Assembly: GCA_043228905.1 (NCBI GenBank) | Contig: JBHGNT010000008.1 | Coordinates: 11,284,001-11,348,000 of the forward strand | Source: Azolla caroliniana | Taxonomy: Eukaryota > Plantae > Polypodiophyta | Direction of reading: 5' to 3' | DNA length: 64,000 nucleotides | Shown here: piece after piece, positions 33,772 to 47,364 of the stretch | Layout of the letters: each line of letters opens with the position of its first letter | Position numbering within the stretch: the stretch's first letter is position 1 | The notes under the pieces: model-generated | What the model saw: the letters and a program-made list of their open reading frames with translations, nothing else | Database searches by the model: none | What the model was told of the DNA's origin: nothing | Translations under genes and position numbers: made by a program

Positions 33772-36700
33772 CTAGCTCTTGTCCGAATCAGTTGCTCCTG
33801 ATTCATCTTCTGGTTCCAAGCCCTTCACCACATCGGACCATGTCCGGGTCTTGGCCTTTTTCCTTCTGTCGGCTCTATCCGTCTTGACTCTACCGCCTTC
33901 TGTTCTTCCCTCACCGGCGCAATTGGCAGTCTCTTTGCCTTTGCCCGTTCTCCCCCTCAAGTGTGGAACGTCGAGATGTTGAACACCAAGAATTTCGGTG
34001 AAGTGCTGGAACTTGTCTGATCCAAGTGGTTTGGTGAAGATGTCGGCAACTTGCCGATCCGTGTGAACATATCGAAGTTCAACCTCACCGCTTAGGACAC
34101 GCTCACGCACGAAGTGATAGTGCACTTCTATGTGTTTTGTGCGAGCATGGAATACGGGGTTCTTGGCGAGTTGCATGCTGCTTATGTTGTCGCAGTAGAC
34201 TAGAATCGGGGTCGGTACCTCGATCCGTAGGTCTTGCAGCAGTCGCCGAAGCCAAATGGCTTCACAAGTGGCAATAGTAGCGCCCCGATAGTCAGCCTCA
34301 GTGCTCGATAGAGTAACTGTTGGTTGCTTTTTGCTGCTCCATGCAACAGCCGCACTACCTAGGGAAAACATGTAACCGGAGGTTGATCGGTGATCTGATG
34401 CATCATTGGCCCAGTCGGCATCTGTGTAACCGACCAGCTCCTCGGTTATACCTCGCCGGTATAACAGTCCCCGGTCCTTCGTGCCGCTTACATATCACAG
34501 TACCCGCTGCGCACACTGAAGGTGCTCCATGGTCGACTTCTGCATGAATTGATTTATCATTCCGACCGAATAGCTGATGTCAGGTCGGGTGATGGTCAGG
34601 TAAATAAGGCTTCCGACAATTTGTCGGAACCATTTCTTGTTGCAAGCCGGTCCGGTGTTGGGACGGAGCTTCTGGTTCCGGTCCCAGGGTGTGGAGACAG
34701 GTTGGCATTCTATCATGCCGAACTTGTACAACATATTCAAGATGTAATGTCGTTGTGAGAGTAATATGCCATCCGGGGTTCGGATCACCTCGATCCCAAG
34801 AAAATAATGAAGGTTCCCTAAATCCTTCATCTCAAATGCATCCAACAACTGGGAGTTGACGCGGTTGATTTCTGGAACTCTTGGTCCGGTGATGACTAGA
34901 TCATCAACATACAACAGTATACATACCGGGCCGGCTGAGCCTTGCCGGATGAACAATGAAGAGTTTGATTTAGAAGCCACAAACCCCATCTTACGCAACC
35001 GGTGCGTGATCTTCGCATTCCAAGCTCGAGGGGCTTGCTTCAGGCCGTACAACGAATTCTTTAGCCGGCATACCGGGAGGCTGAATCATAAAGACTTCTT
35101 CTTCAAGATCACCTTGAAGAAATGCATTCTTCACATCCATCTGATGAAGATACGACCCCCTTGCCACAACAACTGCCAGCACCACACGAACCGTCGTCAT
35201 CTTCGCTACAGGAGTGAAGGTCTCGTCGTAGTTGATTCCGTGGGTCTACGCATATCCCTTCACCACTAACCGGGCCTTGTACCGGTTAACCGAACCGTCA
35301 GCGTTGTACTTTACTTTGTACACCCACTTGCATCCGATCGGTTTACAGTGACGAGGAGGGTCAACTAGGTCCCATGTCTTGTTGACATCAAGTGCCCGCA
35401 TTTCTTCCTCCATAGTGGCACGCCAATTTGCGTCCTTGGCCGCTTCTGCGTAGCTCTCTGGCTCACGCACTTCCGCCACCTTAGTCATGTACGCATAATG
35501 ATGCGCCATGTACTCATTGTACCCGTACCGCTTGACGGGATCCTTCTGGCAGGTGGACTGACGTAACTCACAGTTACCCGCTTTGAGGCCCTTCTTGGCC
35601 GGTTCGGTCTTTGTTGTCGAAGGTCTGCCTTTCTCCTTGCCGGAGTCAGATGCACACTGATCCAACTCATCGTTGTCGGTTTCTAATTCCGGCATCTTCT
35701 TCTTCCCCTTCTCCTTGCGCGTGAACCGTTGCCTCGATTCCTTGCGCGGGGAGTGCACGGCAGAGTCTCCACTACTCGCTGGTTCCTCATCGGACTGGTC
35801 AGATTGACTCAGTCTCTTGTTCGGCCCACTCAACCGGAACAATTCCAGACTCTCATCCTGAGTCCACGCTTCATCATCCTCTACCTGGGCCGGTTCAGGC
35901 TCACTAGCCTCATCCACCGGCATCGGGTCGGAATCGGAAGTCGGAGTCGGTAAGGAATACCATGATGCTGATTCATCAAACTCGACATCTCGACTAACTC
36001 AGACCTGCTTTGTGCGGGGGTCATAACACTTATAACCCTTCTGCTCTTGAGCGTAGCCAATTAGGATGCATTTTTCCGATTTTGCATACAGCTTCCTATA
36101 CTTCTTTTCCGGTACATGCACATATGCAATGTTACCGAAGATCTTAAGGTGTCTCAAATTCGGCTTGCGCCCGAAATACAACTCGTGAGCTGACACCTTG
36201 TCACCGATCCGGTTCTGGATGTAGACAACCATTTGGACTACCTCCGCCCAGTAGAATTTTGGCATGCTCTTCTCCTCCAGCATTGCCCTTGCCACATCAA
36301 TAAGCGATCGGTTCTTCCTCTTGGCAACACCGTTCTGTTGCGGTGTGTATCTGCAGCTGAACTCTCGCCGAAATCCTGTTTGCTGCAGATAACTGTTGAA
36401 TTGGCCGGAAAAGTATTCTTTCCCTCCATCCGACCGCAGGCATTTGATCTTCCTCTCTGATTCCCGTTCCACCATGCTTTGGAGACTCCGGAAACACTTG
36501 AAGAAATCACTCTTCCGCTCAATGAGGTAGATCCATGTGTGCCGCGTATAGTCATCGATGAAGGAGACGAAATATCGACTCCCGCCAAGACTAACATTCT
36601 GTGCCGGTCCCCACACGTCCGAATGGATAAGGTCGAGCTTGTTACGGCTCCGGTTACGTTCGGTGGGGAATGGAAGCCGGTGTTGCTTCCCGAGTTGGCA

Positions 36701-37543
36701 GGCTTCACATACTTAGGCCTTCCAGCCGTTGAACTTCGGCAAACCGAAAACAACTTGTTTCGTTTGCAGGTCTTGAAGCCTCCGGTAATTGACATGGCCT
36801 ATTTGCTTGTGCCACAGGTCGATGTCCGATTTTACCTTCTGTCCTTTTGCAAACAGAGTGGTGCCGACGTCATTGGTGTCGAGGATAAACATCCTCCCGT
36901 CTCTTCGCCCTTGCGCAATAATTTGGCCCTCTTCCTCGATGAAGCACCTGAGGTGCGTAAACCGCACATGCATACCCTGGTCGACGATCTATCCGACTGA
37001 TACCAGGTTCTTCGTTATTGTCGGAACGTGTAATACGTTCATCAACTTCCCCTTCTGTCTGACCTAGCTCAAAGGGACTTCTCCGACGTGCACGATTGGG
37101 TGGGGAGTGTCATCTCCGGTTTCGACTACTCCTGGTTGATCCGGTTTCTCAAAAAGGAGAACCACTCTTTGTGGCTCGTCATGTGGTTCCATGCACCAGA
37201 ATCGACATACCACACTTCCTCCGATTTGGAAGTGGTCTTCTTCATCGAGTTCGCCTCGTGCTTCATCACCAAGGCTGGCCCGTTACCGTTCTTGGATCCT
37301 CCCGATCCCTTCGTGTAGTGTGAACTTTGTCGGCCATCCTTGTCGGCCTTGCCAGATCCAGATTTGTCCGAATCGGCTCGTTTTCTCCAGCATTGGCTTT
37401 CTCTGTGGCCCTTTTTGCCACAGTAGTAGCATTCCGTTCCAGATTTGTCTTGCCGGCCTCTGGCACCGCCTTGACTCCCCCTGCCTGTGGAAGTCCTAGA
37501 ACTGTTGTTGGCACGTTCTCTGTGCCTTCGTTCTTGCTCTTGC
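33772..37543 (-). pseudogene. Element I pol (PR-INT-RT-RH) with stops/frameshifts
   Basis: [45 protein letters not shown]. Confidence 0.92.
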
Positions 37544-37988
37544 TGTTACCGGCCGGCAAGGAGTCCAAAATACGGAGTGAAGGAATTAATTAGATATGGT
37601 TGTAAATGAGCATAGTGTGGACGGACGGACTGGAAACGGTATGCCGTTCCAGATCCGGACGGATCCCGAATAGGTGCGAGAGGCACCGTTTTGTACTACG
37701 GGCCGGAAACCTATTTAAAGGCCCGGACCCCATTGTAATGACGGCGGATAATTAATCTTGATTTCCGTTCTGTAATCACTGTTATATCTTACGCGTGTAA
37801 TTAACCAAAGCAATCTAATCGTGTAACCTACGTAAGTCGGTGTAATCGTTGAATCTTAATCCTATGCCGTAATCACCCTTTGGTGAAGTGTCTCCGTGAC
37901 ACCTTGTGTTAGGCCTTGTCCGGCTAAGAGAATAACACAGTTTTGGCGACCACGATTCCTGCTTTCTCGCAGCGAACGACGGTAATGG

Positions 37989-40900
37989 ATGACTAGACCA
38001 ACGCACGACTTGGTTACAGACCGAGCTCGACGCCTCGCCGAACGGCAAAGACGGCGTGAGACTTTCCAGCAAGCAGCGCAGGAAATTCGCTCGGATCGTT
38101 CGTTCTCCAACGAGATCCGGAGAGTCGCGGAGGAATCTCTCCGGTTACGGCAAACTCGCGACCAGGACGACGGAAGCAGTCTAAGTAGTCTCCGGGAAAC
38201 CGAACGCCTCCTGGAGGCACTGGCAAGCGGAGAAAACGAGGCAGAAGCCTTTTCAGCCTACGAATCGGATTCCGAAGGGGGATACAGCGTGCACACGAAC
38301 TACCGGAGCAGCAAAGATACCCCCGGCGGCCCGGAGGACGACGGGTCGGATACCGTGCCGACTCCAGAACCGGAACCGCTCAACCAGGGCTATCCGGAAC
38401 CGCAAACGGAAGCCGTCAACCCACCAACACCGGAAGTGGAAGAAGCAAAGCCACCAACACCAACGAAAGAGCCGGCAAAGGTACCGGAAGAGGAGCCGGT
38501 GAAGGAACCGGGAAAAGAACCGGAAAAAGCACCGGAAGTGGAACCGGAGAGAAAACCGGAAAGATATCAACGAACGCCACTAAACCGCGGCCTAATACTG
38601 GACGACGACATGCCGTTCCAATACTCAAAGTATCGCGATGATCCGGACGCGGAAGCGCATGTTGATGACTTCGAGCAGACATGGGAAGCAAATCACACGT
38701 CCCAGCGAATGACACCGGAGGAAGAAGAACGCTCGAAGATAGCGGAATTCGGAGTCACGTTGGAGGGACCAGCGACACGATGGCGGCGGTCGCAGGACCC
38801 GGCGACCATCACAACATTTGCAGAATTAAAAGCAAAATTCTTGCATTTTTTCCACAAGGAGGTCGATTAGACGACAATGGTGGGCCTGTTTTATACGATC
38901 CGACAGGAGGCAGGGGAAAGCATTCCCCAATTCGTCATCCGTTTCCAACGAATGCATAGCCAGCTTGCCCGTGCACCCCCGGAGGAGGAATTACGGACGA
39001 TATTTTTAAACGCACTCCGGGAACCGTTACGCACGGTGTGTACGGTAATCGACTTTCGAGGATGCACCATCGACCAGGTCATTGACCGGGTCAGAGAAAT
39101 GGAAAAGACAAGCTCATGGCTTACGCTGGGAACACTGCAACGGGCGTTACCCACCGAGGAAGATCTCCGGTTCCGGCAGGCAATTCAATGCACAATCTGC
39201 TTGAATGCCGGACACTCGGCAGTAGAGTGCACCATGCGCACTCAGTGTGTGATTTGTCAATCCAAGAGTCATACAACGGACCGGTGCGAGTACAACCTGT
39301 TAAATCGACAAGCACCACCCGTCCGACGGATCGAGCCAAGAAGCAGCCGAGACGAAGATGACGATCATTGGCAAAGAGTGAACCGGTACCCACCGGCACA
39401 GGATGTCCGGTACGGGGACAGGCAAGAGAATGATGGCCGGTACGGGAATCGGCGTGATAACTACGACCGGTATGAGCGATCGGACCGTTATCGGGAGCCT
39501 AACAGACGACACGAGCAATACGACAGAGACCATTCCCCGGGTTACCGAAGGCACCAGGAGGACTACGGCCGATTTTACGATCTACCACGACCGGATTACC
39601 GAAATAAAAACAAGAATAATAAGAAACGTAATTTCAAGAAAGGTGGTCACACTAGGGACCCGGAACATGGAGCCCCAAGGAGCCAACCGGCACAGAACGC
39701 ACCACTCACTACGGGAACGACTCCGGCTACCAGCAATGCTGAATCCAGCAATACCCGTAAAGAGTACTGCTATTACTGCAGGCAGGAAGGCCACTACAGT
39801 AACCAGTGCCCGGTAAAGAGCTACGAGAAACGACCAGCAGTTAATATGGTGGTTCCGGAAGTGGCGGATATACAGCAAGTAACCACACGGTCGAAAGGCA
39901 TGGCTAAAGAATGGGAAACACAAGAGGCCATACGAAAACAGGCGACGGAATGGGTGAAGGAAGCCAATGAAAGGAACGTCGCGGACGCGGAACGGCAAAA
40001 GACGAATACCATAGGGAGTGCCGGCGGTAGCCACCCAGAAAACGAGACATGGCAAGCACTGCAGGAATGTCAGATCACGTTGCCGTTAGGACGACTCTTG
40101 CAACTCGTGCCGCGATTTACGGAAGGACTAAAAACGGGCATGACAGACGGTATAGCTCCACCGGCACCAGTCCTTTTCTCGAATCCGGAGGAGGGACCGA
40201 CGGTGGTGGACACTAGTAGTCCGGCGATTACAGCTATTGTCAAAGGGCACGAACTTTCCGGCACCGTAATCGATGGAGGTTCCGGGGTGAACGTAATAAG
40301 CCTCCGTACGTGTGATGCCTTGGGTATACATGAATGGGAGCCATGCCCGTTCTGGCTACGGATGGCGGATACGAGCTCGGTACGGCCGACGGGCTTAATA
40401 CGGAAATTGGAAGTCACCATAGGAGGTCACACATTTCACATCTCGGCTGTAGTGCTGCAGCTACAGGCGCAAGCCGCGTACCCTCTGTTGCTGGGCAGAC
40501 CATGGTTGAAAACAGCACACATCAAGCAAAATTGGCGAAAAAATATGATTACCTTCCGTCGCGGAAAAGCCAAGGTCCGGGTACCGACACAACCACGAAC
40601 GAGCAACGGTAAGGAATGCACACCGCTGTATGCGGAATGTGTGAACATGCTTGAAGGGTTGGCAGACGACGAAGAAGCTCAGTACTTGGAGGAACACCCA
40701 AAGATCGTACCACTCTTCGAGATCGACGTAGCTGAAGCCGTAGCCCCATACTTGCCGCAGCGGGACGACACCGAAGCCGAACCAGACAAAGATGCGATTC
40801 GGGAATTACGGCAAGCACAGGAAGCATTGGAACGGGAAATGGCCGTTTCCCAACGGGTAAAAGCATCCCAGCTCGACGAAGTGAACCTAGGAAGCAAGGA

Positions 40901-43818
40901 CGAATCAAAGCCGGTTCACATCGCCAAGGAAATGAAGCCGGAAGAGAAAGCGGCGATGATCAAACTTCTCACGGAGTTTCGCGACGTATTCGCCTGGTCA
41001 TACGAGGACATGCGAGGGCTGGACCCTCAACTATATCAGCATCAGATCCACTTAGGCAAGGACGCGAAACCAGTGGCGCAAAGACGTTACCGAATGAACC
41101 CCAACTACGCCGCCAAAGTAAAGGAGGAAATCGACAAACTCCTAAGAGTGGGCTTCATCCGGCCGGTAAAGAAAGCGACGTGGCTGAGCCCCATCGTCGT
41201 CGTCCCCAAGAAGAACGGTAAAATCCGTGTGTGTGTAGATTACAGGAAACTAAATGCCGCCACAATTACGGATGCATTCCCTCTTCCGTTCACGGACGGA
41301 GTACTGGATGCCGTCGCCGGCCATGAAGTTTATAGCTTTCTAGACGGGTTCAGTGGTTACAATCAAATCCGGATGCACCCGGACGACCAGGATTCATCAC
41401 CGAATGGGGGGTGTTTGTGGCCGAAGTCATGATGTTCGGCCTAAAAACGGCACCAGCAACTTTCCAGCGAATCATCATGGAGATCTTCGGCGAATACATT
41501 CCTGCCTTCATGCAAGTTTTCCTGGATGATTTTGCAGTCTATAGCCGGGGAAAAGACCATTTGCAGCACCTACGGTTATGCCTTGAAAAGTGTAGGTTAT
41601 ACCGGCTAAGCTTAAACCCAGCGAAATGCATCTTTGGAGTTTCAAGTGGAATATTGCTGGGACACATTGTAAGTAAGGAGGGCATTGCGGTCGACCCGGA
41701 CAAAGTAAACGCCATACTAGGGGCACCGGCACCGAAAACAGCCAAAGCACTAAGCCGATTCTTAGGACAGATCCGGTGGCACAGCCGGATGCTCCGTCAC
41801 TTGGCTGATTTGGCTACACCATTACACACCGCGGTACATCGGACACCGTTCCAATGGACGGACTGAAGGTACTTTTGTCGCAAGCACCCGTCGTGCAGCC
41901 TCCGGATTGGAGCAAGGAATTTCATGTGTTCGTGGACGCTTCCGACATCGCTATTGGCAGCGCCTTAATGCAACTTACGGAGCCCAAATGGTACCGGCCG
42001 GTATATTACGCCAGCCGGAAGCTGTCCCAAGCGGAGAAGAACTATTCAACGACAGAACGGGAGGCCCTGGGCATGATCTACAGTGTAACAAAGTTTCGTC
42101 ATTACCTATTGGGAAGGAAGTTCTCCTTCCATGTGGATCACTCGGCGCTCCTGTACTTAGTATCCAAGGCGTCCTTGACCGGTAAGTTGGCCCGTTGGAC
42201 CTTGCTGTTGCAGGAGTTCGAATTCGAGATCTTCCACCGCCCCGGTATCCAGCATGCCGTAGCAGACTACCTGAGCCGGTTAGAGTCCGGAGAAGCAGGC
42301 GACGGAGTAGCGGATGAATTCCCGGACGCAGAGTTATTCCGTATCACCCCGGAAACGGCAGCAGACGACACGGTGGCATCAGAAGATAGGTGGCTGACGA
42401 ACATGCACCAGTTCCTAAGCACGGGCCTGCCACCGGAGGAAATGAACCAGGACGAGAGGAAACGACTGGCGGTGCAGAGCCGCAATTTCTGTCTGCTACG
42501 GGACACTCTCTACCACAAAGGAGCAGATGGAATATGGAGACGGGCAGTCCGTAGTGACGAGAAAGAAGTAATCTTACGGGAAGCACACTGTGGGGTTGCC
42601 GGAGGACACTATGCCGGGGAAGCGACGGCAAGGAAAGTATGGCAGAGCGGCTTGTGGTGGCCCACGACGTTAAAAGACGCCGTCAAGTATGCTAAGGAAT
42701 GTGACCTATGCCAGCGAATGGGCCAGCCTACGGAGTAAGCACGGATGCCACACCAACCGGTACTTCCACTAGAGCCATTCCAGAAGTGGGGGTTGGATTT
42801 TGTCGGACCGTTCAAGCCACCGGCAATGAGAACGGGTAATCGTTATGTCATCGTGGCAACGGATTATTGCACTAAATGGGTGGAAGCTAAGGCCCTGAGA
42901 GACAACACCGCGTCATCCACAGCAAAATTCCTGTACGAAAACATTTGGTGCCGATATGGATGTCCGATTGAATTAATCAACGACCAAGGAGGCCACTTCC
43001 TCGGCCAGGTAGTGGAAAGCTTAACAACATTCTATGCCGTGGTCCATAAACGAAGCACACCGTATTACCCACAAGCGAACGGGTTAGCAGAGTCCACCAA
43101 CAAAACGCTGCAGAACATTCTCCGCAAAATTGTCAATGAAAACCGGACGGACTGGGACACAAAGCTCCATAGTGCGCTATGGGCGTACCGAACGGCATAT
43201 AAAACAAGTATCCGGACAACGCCGTTCCGGCTAGCATTCGGCTTAGAAGCGGTCATGCCGGTCGAGTTTCAGGTACCAAGCTTACGGATCCAACTACGGG
43301 AACGGCTGAATGAAAAGAAGTCGGAGGAAATGCGGCTAGCAGCACTATGCGAACTGGAGGAGCAACGGCTGGCCAGCAACCTCCACATGGAACTGGAGCA
43401 ACGACGACGGAAAGCGTTCGTTGACCGTCACCGGAAAGGTAACGAAAAGATGTTCGAAATCGGAAAGCCGGTTCTAGTATTCCAAACGAGGATGGGCAAG
43501 ATGCCGGGTAAACTCCGGTTCAGATGGACAGGCCCGTATTGGCTGACACGGGAATACAACGGGTCCTATCAGTTAGGGACACTTGCCGGTGAAGTGTTAG
43601 GCAAGTGGGTGAACGGATTTCGACTAAAGCCCTATAAAGGACCGATGCCAAAGAACCCGTTTATACAGCTCACCGGCACTACACCGGGAACCTGTCAGGG
43701 ATCGGTACGGATCGGTCCGGAAGAAAAAGACGACGGGGAACCAGTAGCAGAGGCGAAGGAAGACACGGCAACCCGTAAGGAAAACGGTAAGGGTCCGAGG
43801 GGACCTACGGATGTGTAA
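37989..43818 (+). pseudogene. Element F gag-pol (stops at 38868 and 42736, small deletions near 41390 and 41860)
   Basis: Collinear with E gag-pol; same knuckles, IDGGSG, FLDD, RNase H and integrase motifs. Confidence 0.94.
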
Positions 43819-44201
43819 GGTCACACACCGTCATTAAAAATAATAAAAAAATTAAAAAAAATTAAAAAAAAAATCATTAAAAATCGAGGTATGAACGGGT
43901 GTGAAAGCAAGGCGCGAAAAGGTACGTAGTGGGCATTTAAGAGCCGCCACGTACTTAATACTAAATCGGTACACGACGTGCGCATGCTCGAAAAAAAGGC
44001 GCCAAGACGCACAGAGAAAAAGAAGAGCGCATGGAGACCTTCTTTTTTCGCGAGCCAAGAAGCACAGAAGCACCAAGGCAGTGGAAGCTGAGCAAACGCG
44101 AACCTGCACGCAGAGAACCCCCGCGCTCAGAACGCTCTCTCTCTCGCTCTCACTCTCATCACCACTCTACTTCGCCATCTTCCCTCGACCTAGAAGCAGA
44201 C

Positions 44202-46892
44202 ATGGAACCACAAACGCTGTCGGAAGCGGCCAGGAAATGGTTTAGGCAACACGGACTGGAGGGGTTCTTGGCCATCATGGAGGCACCGCCGCACAGAGAA
44301 GCCGACCGGGTCATCAAGGAGCTCGCCACAGAGGTCATCACCGAGGAAGCGATCCGTGCGCTGACAGGCCTTCCGGAGGGAGGAATCTTTCAGATCGATA
44401 ACCCAACCTCGGAGCAACTCATCCGATATTTCGGTGAGTACTCCGTTGCCGGCAAAGGCTATCGGACGCAGGGCGGCGAAGATCCGCTATTCAGGGAGAT
44501 AGCTCGAGTGCTCCATGAGTACGGTCACGTGTACCCCCGACCCCCTGTCATGCCAAAAAATCGGGCAGGGATGATCATAGCCACCTATGAAGGGATCAAG
44601 GTGGACTGGCCGGTGTTGATTGCAGACGGTTTGTGCACGGCAATCGACATGGTACGAGGAAAGGACGGCAAGGAGGGCCGGAAGCTGTGGCACGCCGTAG
44701 CTCAATGGATAACATTGCTCGTGCCGCCGGTCGAGACCGTCCAGCCAAAGAAGCGGCCAAGAGTATCGGAAGGAAGCACCTCGAAGCCGGTGTCCAAACG
44801 ACAGCAGCTGCTGGCGTTGAAGGCGACGAAAGGGAAGAAACGGGTCCCAGAACCGGAGGAGGTGTCACCGGTCCGACCCGTCAAGATAACCATACGGAGA
44901 CCGGGACAGAAGGAACCGGAACCCTTGACGGCACAGAAACATGCCGTGACACAGGAAGAGGAAACGGAGGAGCCAGAAGAGCACCTCCAACGACGGTCAA
45001 GAAGTAGGACTGCCGAGACAGGAGGGGAGCGGTCGTACCCGCGAGAGGCAGAAACGCCCCCAACTCAACCTGAGCAAACCACAAGGGAGGAACCGGAACC
45101 GGTGCGTAGGGAACCGGTCTTATCGACTTCTATAGAAGAAGTCATTCCAACGGCTCCGGAGACGGCGAGAACCGGAACTGAACAGCCGGCGAGCCCAGCC
45201 AGAACACACGGCGGCCAAGGAGTAGAACCAGAACGGCATATGCAGGCACTCAGGCCAGACAATTCCACAGTGAATGAGCCGACCCGACCAGTACAGCAAC
45301 AAGGCACCAGTAGCATGTGGCTACGGTGGGTAGGCGAGCAAATCGCCGGAGTGGTCGAGTATATAGAGGCGGAAGAGAGAGCGCACCAGGAACGGTTGCT
45401 CGTCACAACCGTAGATCTAGAGACGGCCCGGTCCAGAATCCGGAGCCTTGAACAAGACTTGGACAGGGTCACAAGGGAAATGGCTCAAGTGGCTTTGACA
45501 ACACAAGTCCAAGCACCGGTGACTCCGGGCAATGTACAGAATAAAGCGGCAGATCAACCTGTACATAGCAATCAGACCCCGGCAACGGAAACCGTTCCGG
45601 AGAGAAATGCGGCACAAGCCCAAGAGCTTGCGGATTTAAAGGATGAGCTAGCTGCCCAAGAAGCGCTGAGGAGCCGCGAAAGAGAATTGAAGACGGCAGC
45701 GGAGGCAGAACTCAAAAAGATTGCTGAGAATCTACGTCGGGCCGAGGAGAGCTTACGGAAAGGCCACCAAGCGTACGACCGGCTCAAGGAGGAGAAGGAG
45801 AAAATGTTGCAAGAGAAGGAGAGGCTCCGGAGGAACGCCGAAACAGAAGTAGAGCGCCTGAAAGAGGAACTCCGGCAGGTAAAGGACCGGGAGGACCGGA
45901 ACCATCGCCAGATCAACGGCAAGCTCAAACAAAAAACGGAGGAATTTGAGCAATTGCACCGGGAGTATAAACGGTTGCAAACGGAGCACAAGGAACGGAC
46001 GGATGAGCTCCGGCAAGCAGTTGATCGGACCGCAACCGCATTCGCCAAGGAACAAGCGGAAAACAGAAGACGGTTGGAAGAGGCGGAGAAGGTTCGGACA
46101 GAGCTCCTCAGGCAACAGCAGGCGGAAAAAGAAAGAGCGGCGGAGGTACTGCAGAGGCTGCAAACGACATATCAAGGGCAGCTGACGCGCTACAGAGAGC
46201 AGGCGGAGGATACGACAAATCTCATCAAGCAGTTGAAGGAGGAGCGACAAGTGGTGGAAAGCAGAGCGCAAATGGGAGCAAGTCGCATCCAGGATATAAT
46301 GCGGGCCTGGTTGAACCATACCAAGAGCTTGATTGACAACGGGTCCGTCAAATGGTGGACCAAGTGGGCCACGAACGCGGCGGAACTCCAATTGCTCCGG
46401 GCTGACGTAGAGAACCGGCGGAAGGAGGGAGATGATTGCTATATGCTGAATTCTGAAGATTTCACCGGCATAAGAGATGAGCTGGCCGAAGACTTTCAAG
46501 CCTTCGCAGAGGACCAACTAGAGCAAGTCCGGCAACTTGTAGCTCAGCTGGACGACGACAGGCTGGAGGCGCAGATCCAGTTTGAAAGCTACGAGAGGTC
46601 TCGGATCCGGGGAGAGAAGGAACGAGAACCGGTTACGGTCAACCTCAGTGATGAGGAACCGTTACTGGAAGGAGACCGGACCGGAAGCAGTCAAACGGAG
46701 ATGCCGGAGTCAGAGAGACAAACGGAGTCAGCGAAACAAACGGAGCAGCAGCAGCAAGCAGAGCAGCCGGAGCAGCCTCAGTCCCAACCTCAACCACAGC
46801 AGCAGCAGCAAGCACAGCCGCAACAACCACAACCGGAAGAACAAGTGGAAATTCTTGAACAAAGTGTTTTGGACAATTTGGGTGAACAATGA
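44202..46892 (+). CDS. Element F extra ORF (coiled-coil protein homologous to those of D and E)
   Basis: Intact frame (open from 44031); YFGEYS, IIATYEG..DW and AAELQLLRAD..NR shared. Confidence 0.88.
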   Translation: MEPQTLSEAARKWFRQHGLEGFLAIMEAPPHREADRVIKELATEVITEEAIRALTGLPEGGIFQIDNPTSEQLIRYFGEYSVAGKGYRTQGGEDPLFREIARVLHEYGHVYPRPPVMPKNRAGMIIATYEGIKVDWPVLIADGLCTAIDMVRGKDGKEGRKLWHAVAQWITLLVPPVETVQPKKRPRVSEGSTSKPVSKRQQLLALKATKGKKRVPEPEEVSPVRPVKITIRRPGQKEPEPLTAQKHAVTQEEETEEPEEHLQRRSRSRTAETGGERSYPREAETPPTQPEQTTREEPEPVRREPVLSTSIEEVIPTAPETARTGTEQPASPARTHGGQGVEPERHMQALRPDNSTVNEPTRPVQQQGTSSMWLRWVGEQIAGVVEYIEAEERAHQERLLVTTVDLETARSRIRSLEQDLDRVTREMAQVALTTQVQAPVTPGNVQNKAADQPVHSNQTPATETVPERNAAQAQELADLKDELAAQEALRSRERELKTAAEAELKKIAENLRRAEESLRKGHQAYDRLKEEKEKMLQEKERLRRNAETEVERLKEELRQVKDREDRNHRQINGKLKQKTEEFEQLHREYKRLQTEHKERTDELRQAVDRTATAFAKEQAENRRRLEEAEKVRTELLRQQQAEKERAAEVLQRLQTTYQGQLTRYREQAEDTTNLIKQLKEERQVVESRAQMGASRIQDIMRAWLNHTKSLIDNGSVKWWTKWATNAAELQLLRADVENRRKEGDDCYMLNSEDFTGIRDELAEDFQAFAEDQLEQVRQLVAQLDDDRLEAQIQFESYERSRIRGEKEREPVTVNLSDEEPLLEGDRTGSSQTEMPESERQTESAKQTEQQQQAEQPEQPQSQPQPQQQQQAQPQQPQPEEQVEILEQSVLDNLGEQ

Positions 46893-46902
46893 AGGGGCCG
46901 AG

Positions 46903-46942
46903 AAGGGTTCGACGTACAAGGTACTGTCCCACGGGCGTGCCA
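46903..46942 (+). other. tRNA-3'-end-like structured motif in place of the PPT (element F)
   Basis: AAGGGTTCGACGTACAAGGTACTGTCCCACGGGCGTGCCA then TG then the LTR TG. Confidence 0.8.
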
Positions 46943-47364
46943 TGTGTTACCGGCCGGCAAGGAGTCCAAAATACGGAGTGAAGGAATTAATTAGATATGG
47001 TTGTAAATGAGCATAGTGTGGACGGACGGACTGGAAACGGTATGCCGTTCCAGATCCGGACGGATCCCGAATAGGTGCGAGAGGCACCGTTTTGTACTAC
47101 GGGCCGGAAACCTATTTAAAGGCCCGGACCCCATTGTAATGACGGCGGATAATTAATAGAGCTTATGATGTTTATACTTCTGTCTTGATTTCCGTTCTGT
47201 AATCACTGTTATATCTTACGCGTGTAATTAACCAAAGCAATCTAATCGTGTAACCTACGTAAGTCGGTGTAATCGTTGAATCTTAATCCTATGCCGTAAT
47301 CACCCTTTGGTGAAGTGTCTCCGTGACACCTTGTGTTAGGCCTTGTCCGGCTAAGAGAATAACA

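Larger units (their letters stand above)
37544..47364 (+). mobile_element. Element F: full-length GC-rich Gypsy related to E, with extra 3' ORF
   Basis: LTRs 37544-37937 and 46945-47364 (26-bp indel, otherwise apparently identical), TSD CTTGC, PBS TGGCGACCACG at 37944-37954. Confidence 0.97.

Noticed and set aside
46892-46907. Purine runs (AAGGGGCCGAGAAGGG in F, AGAAGGGG in D) as the PPT
   Set aside because: They lie about 40-50 nt from the LTR and are absent in E; a minor role cannot be excluded.
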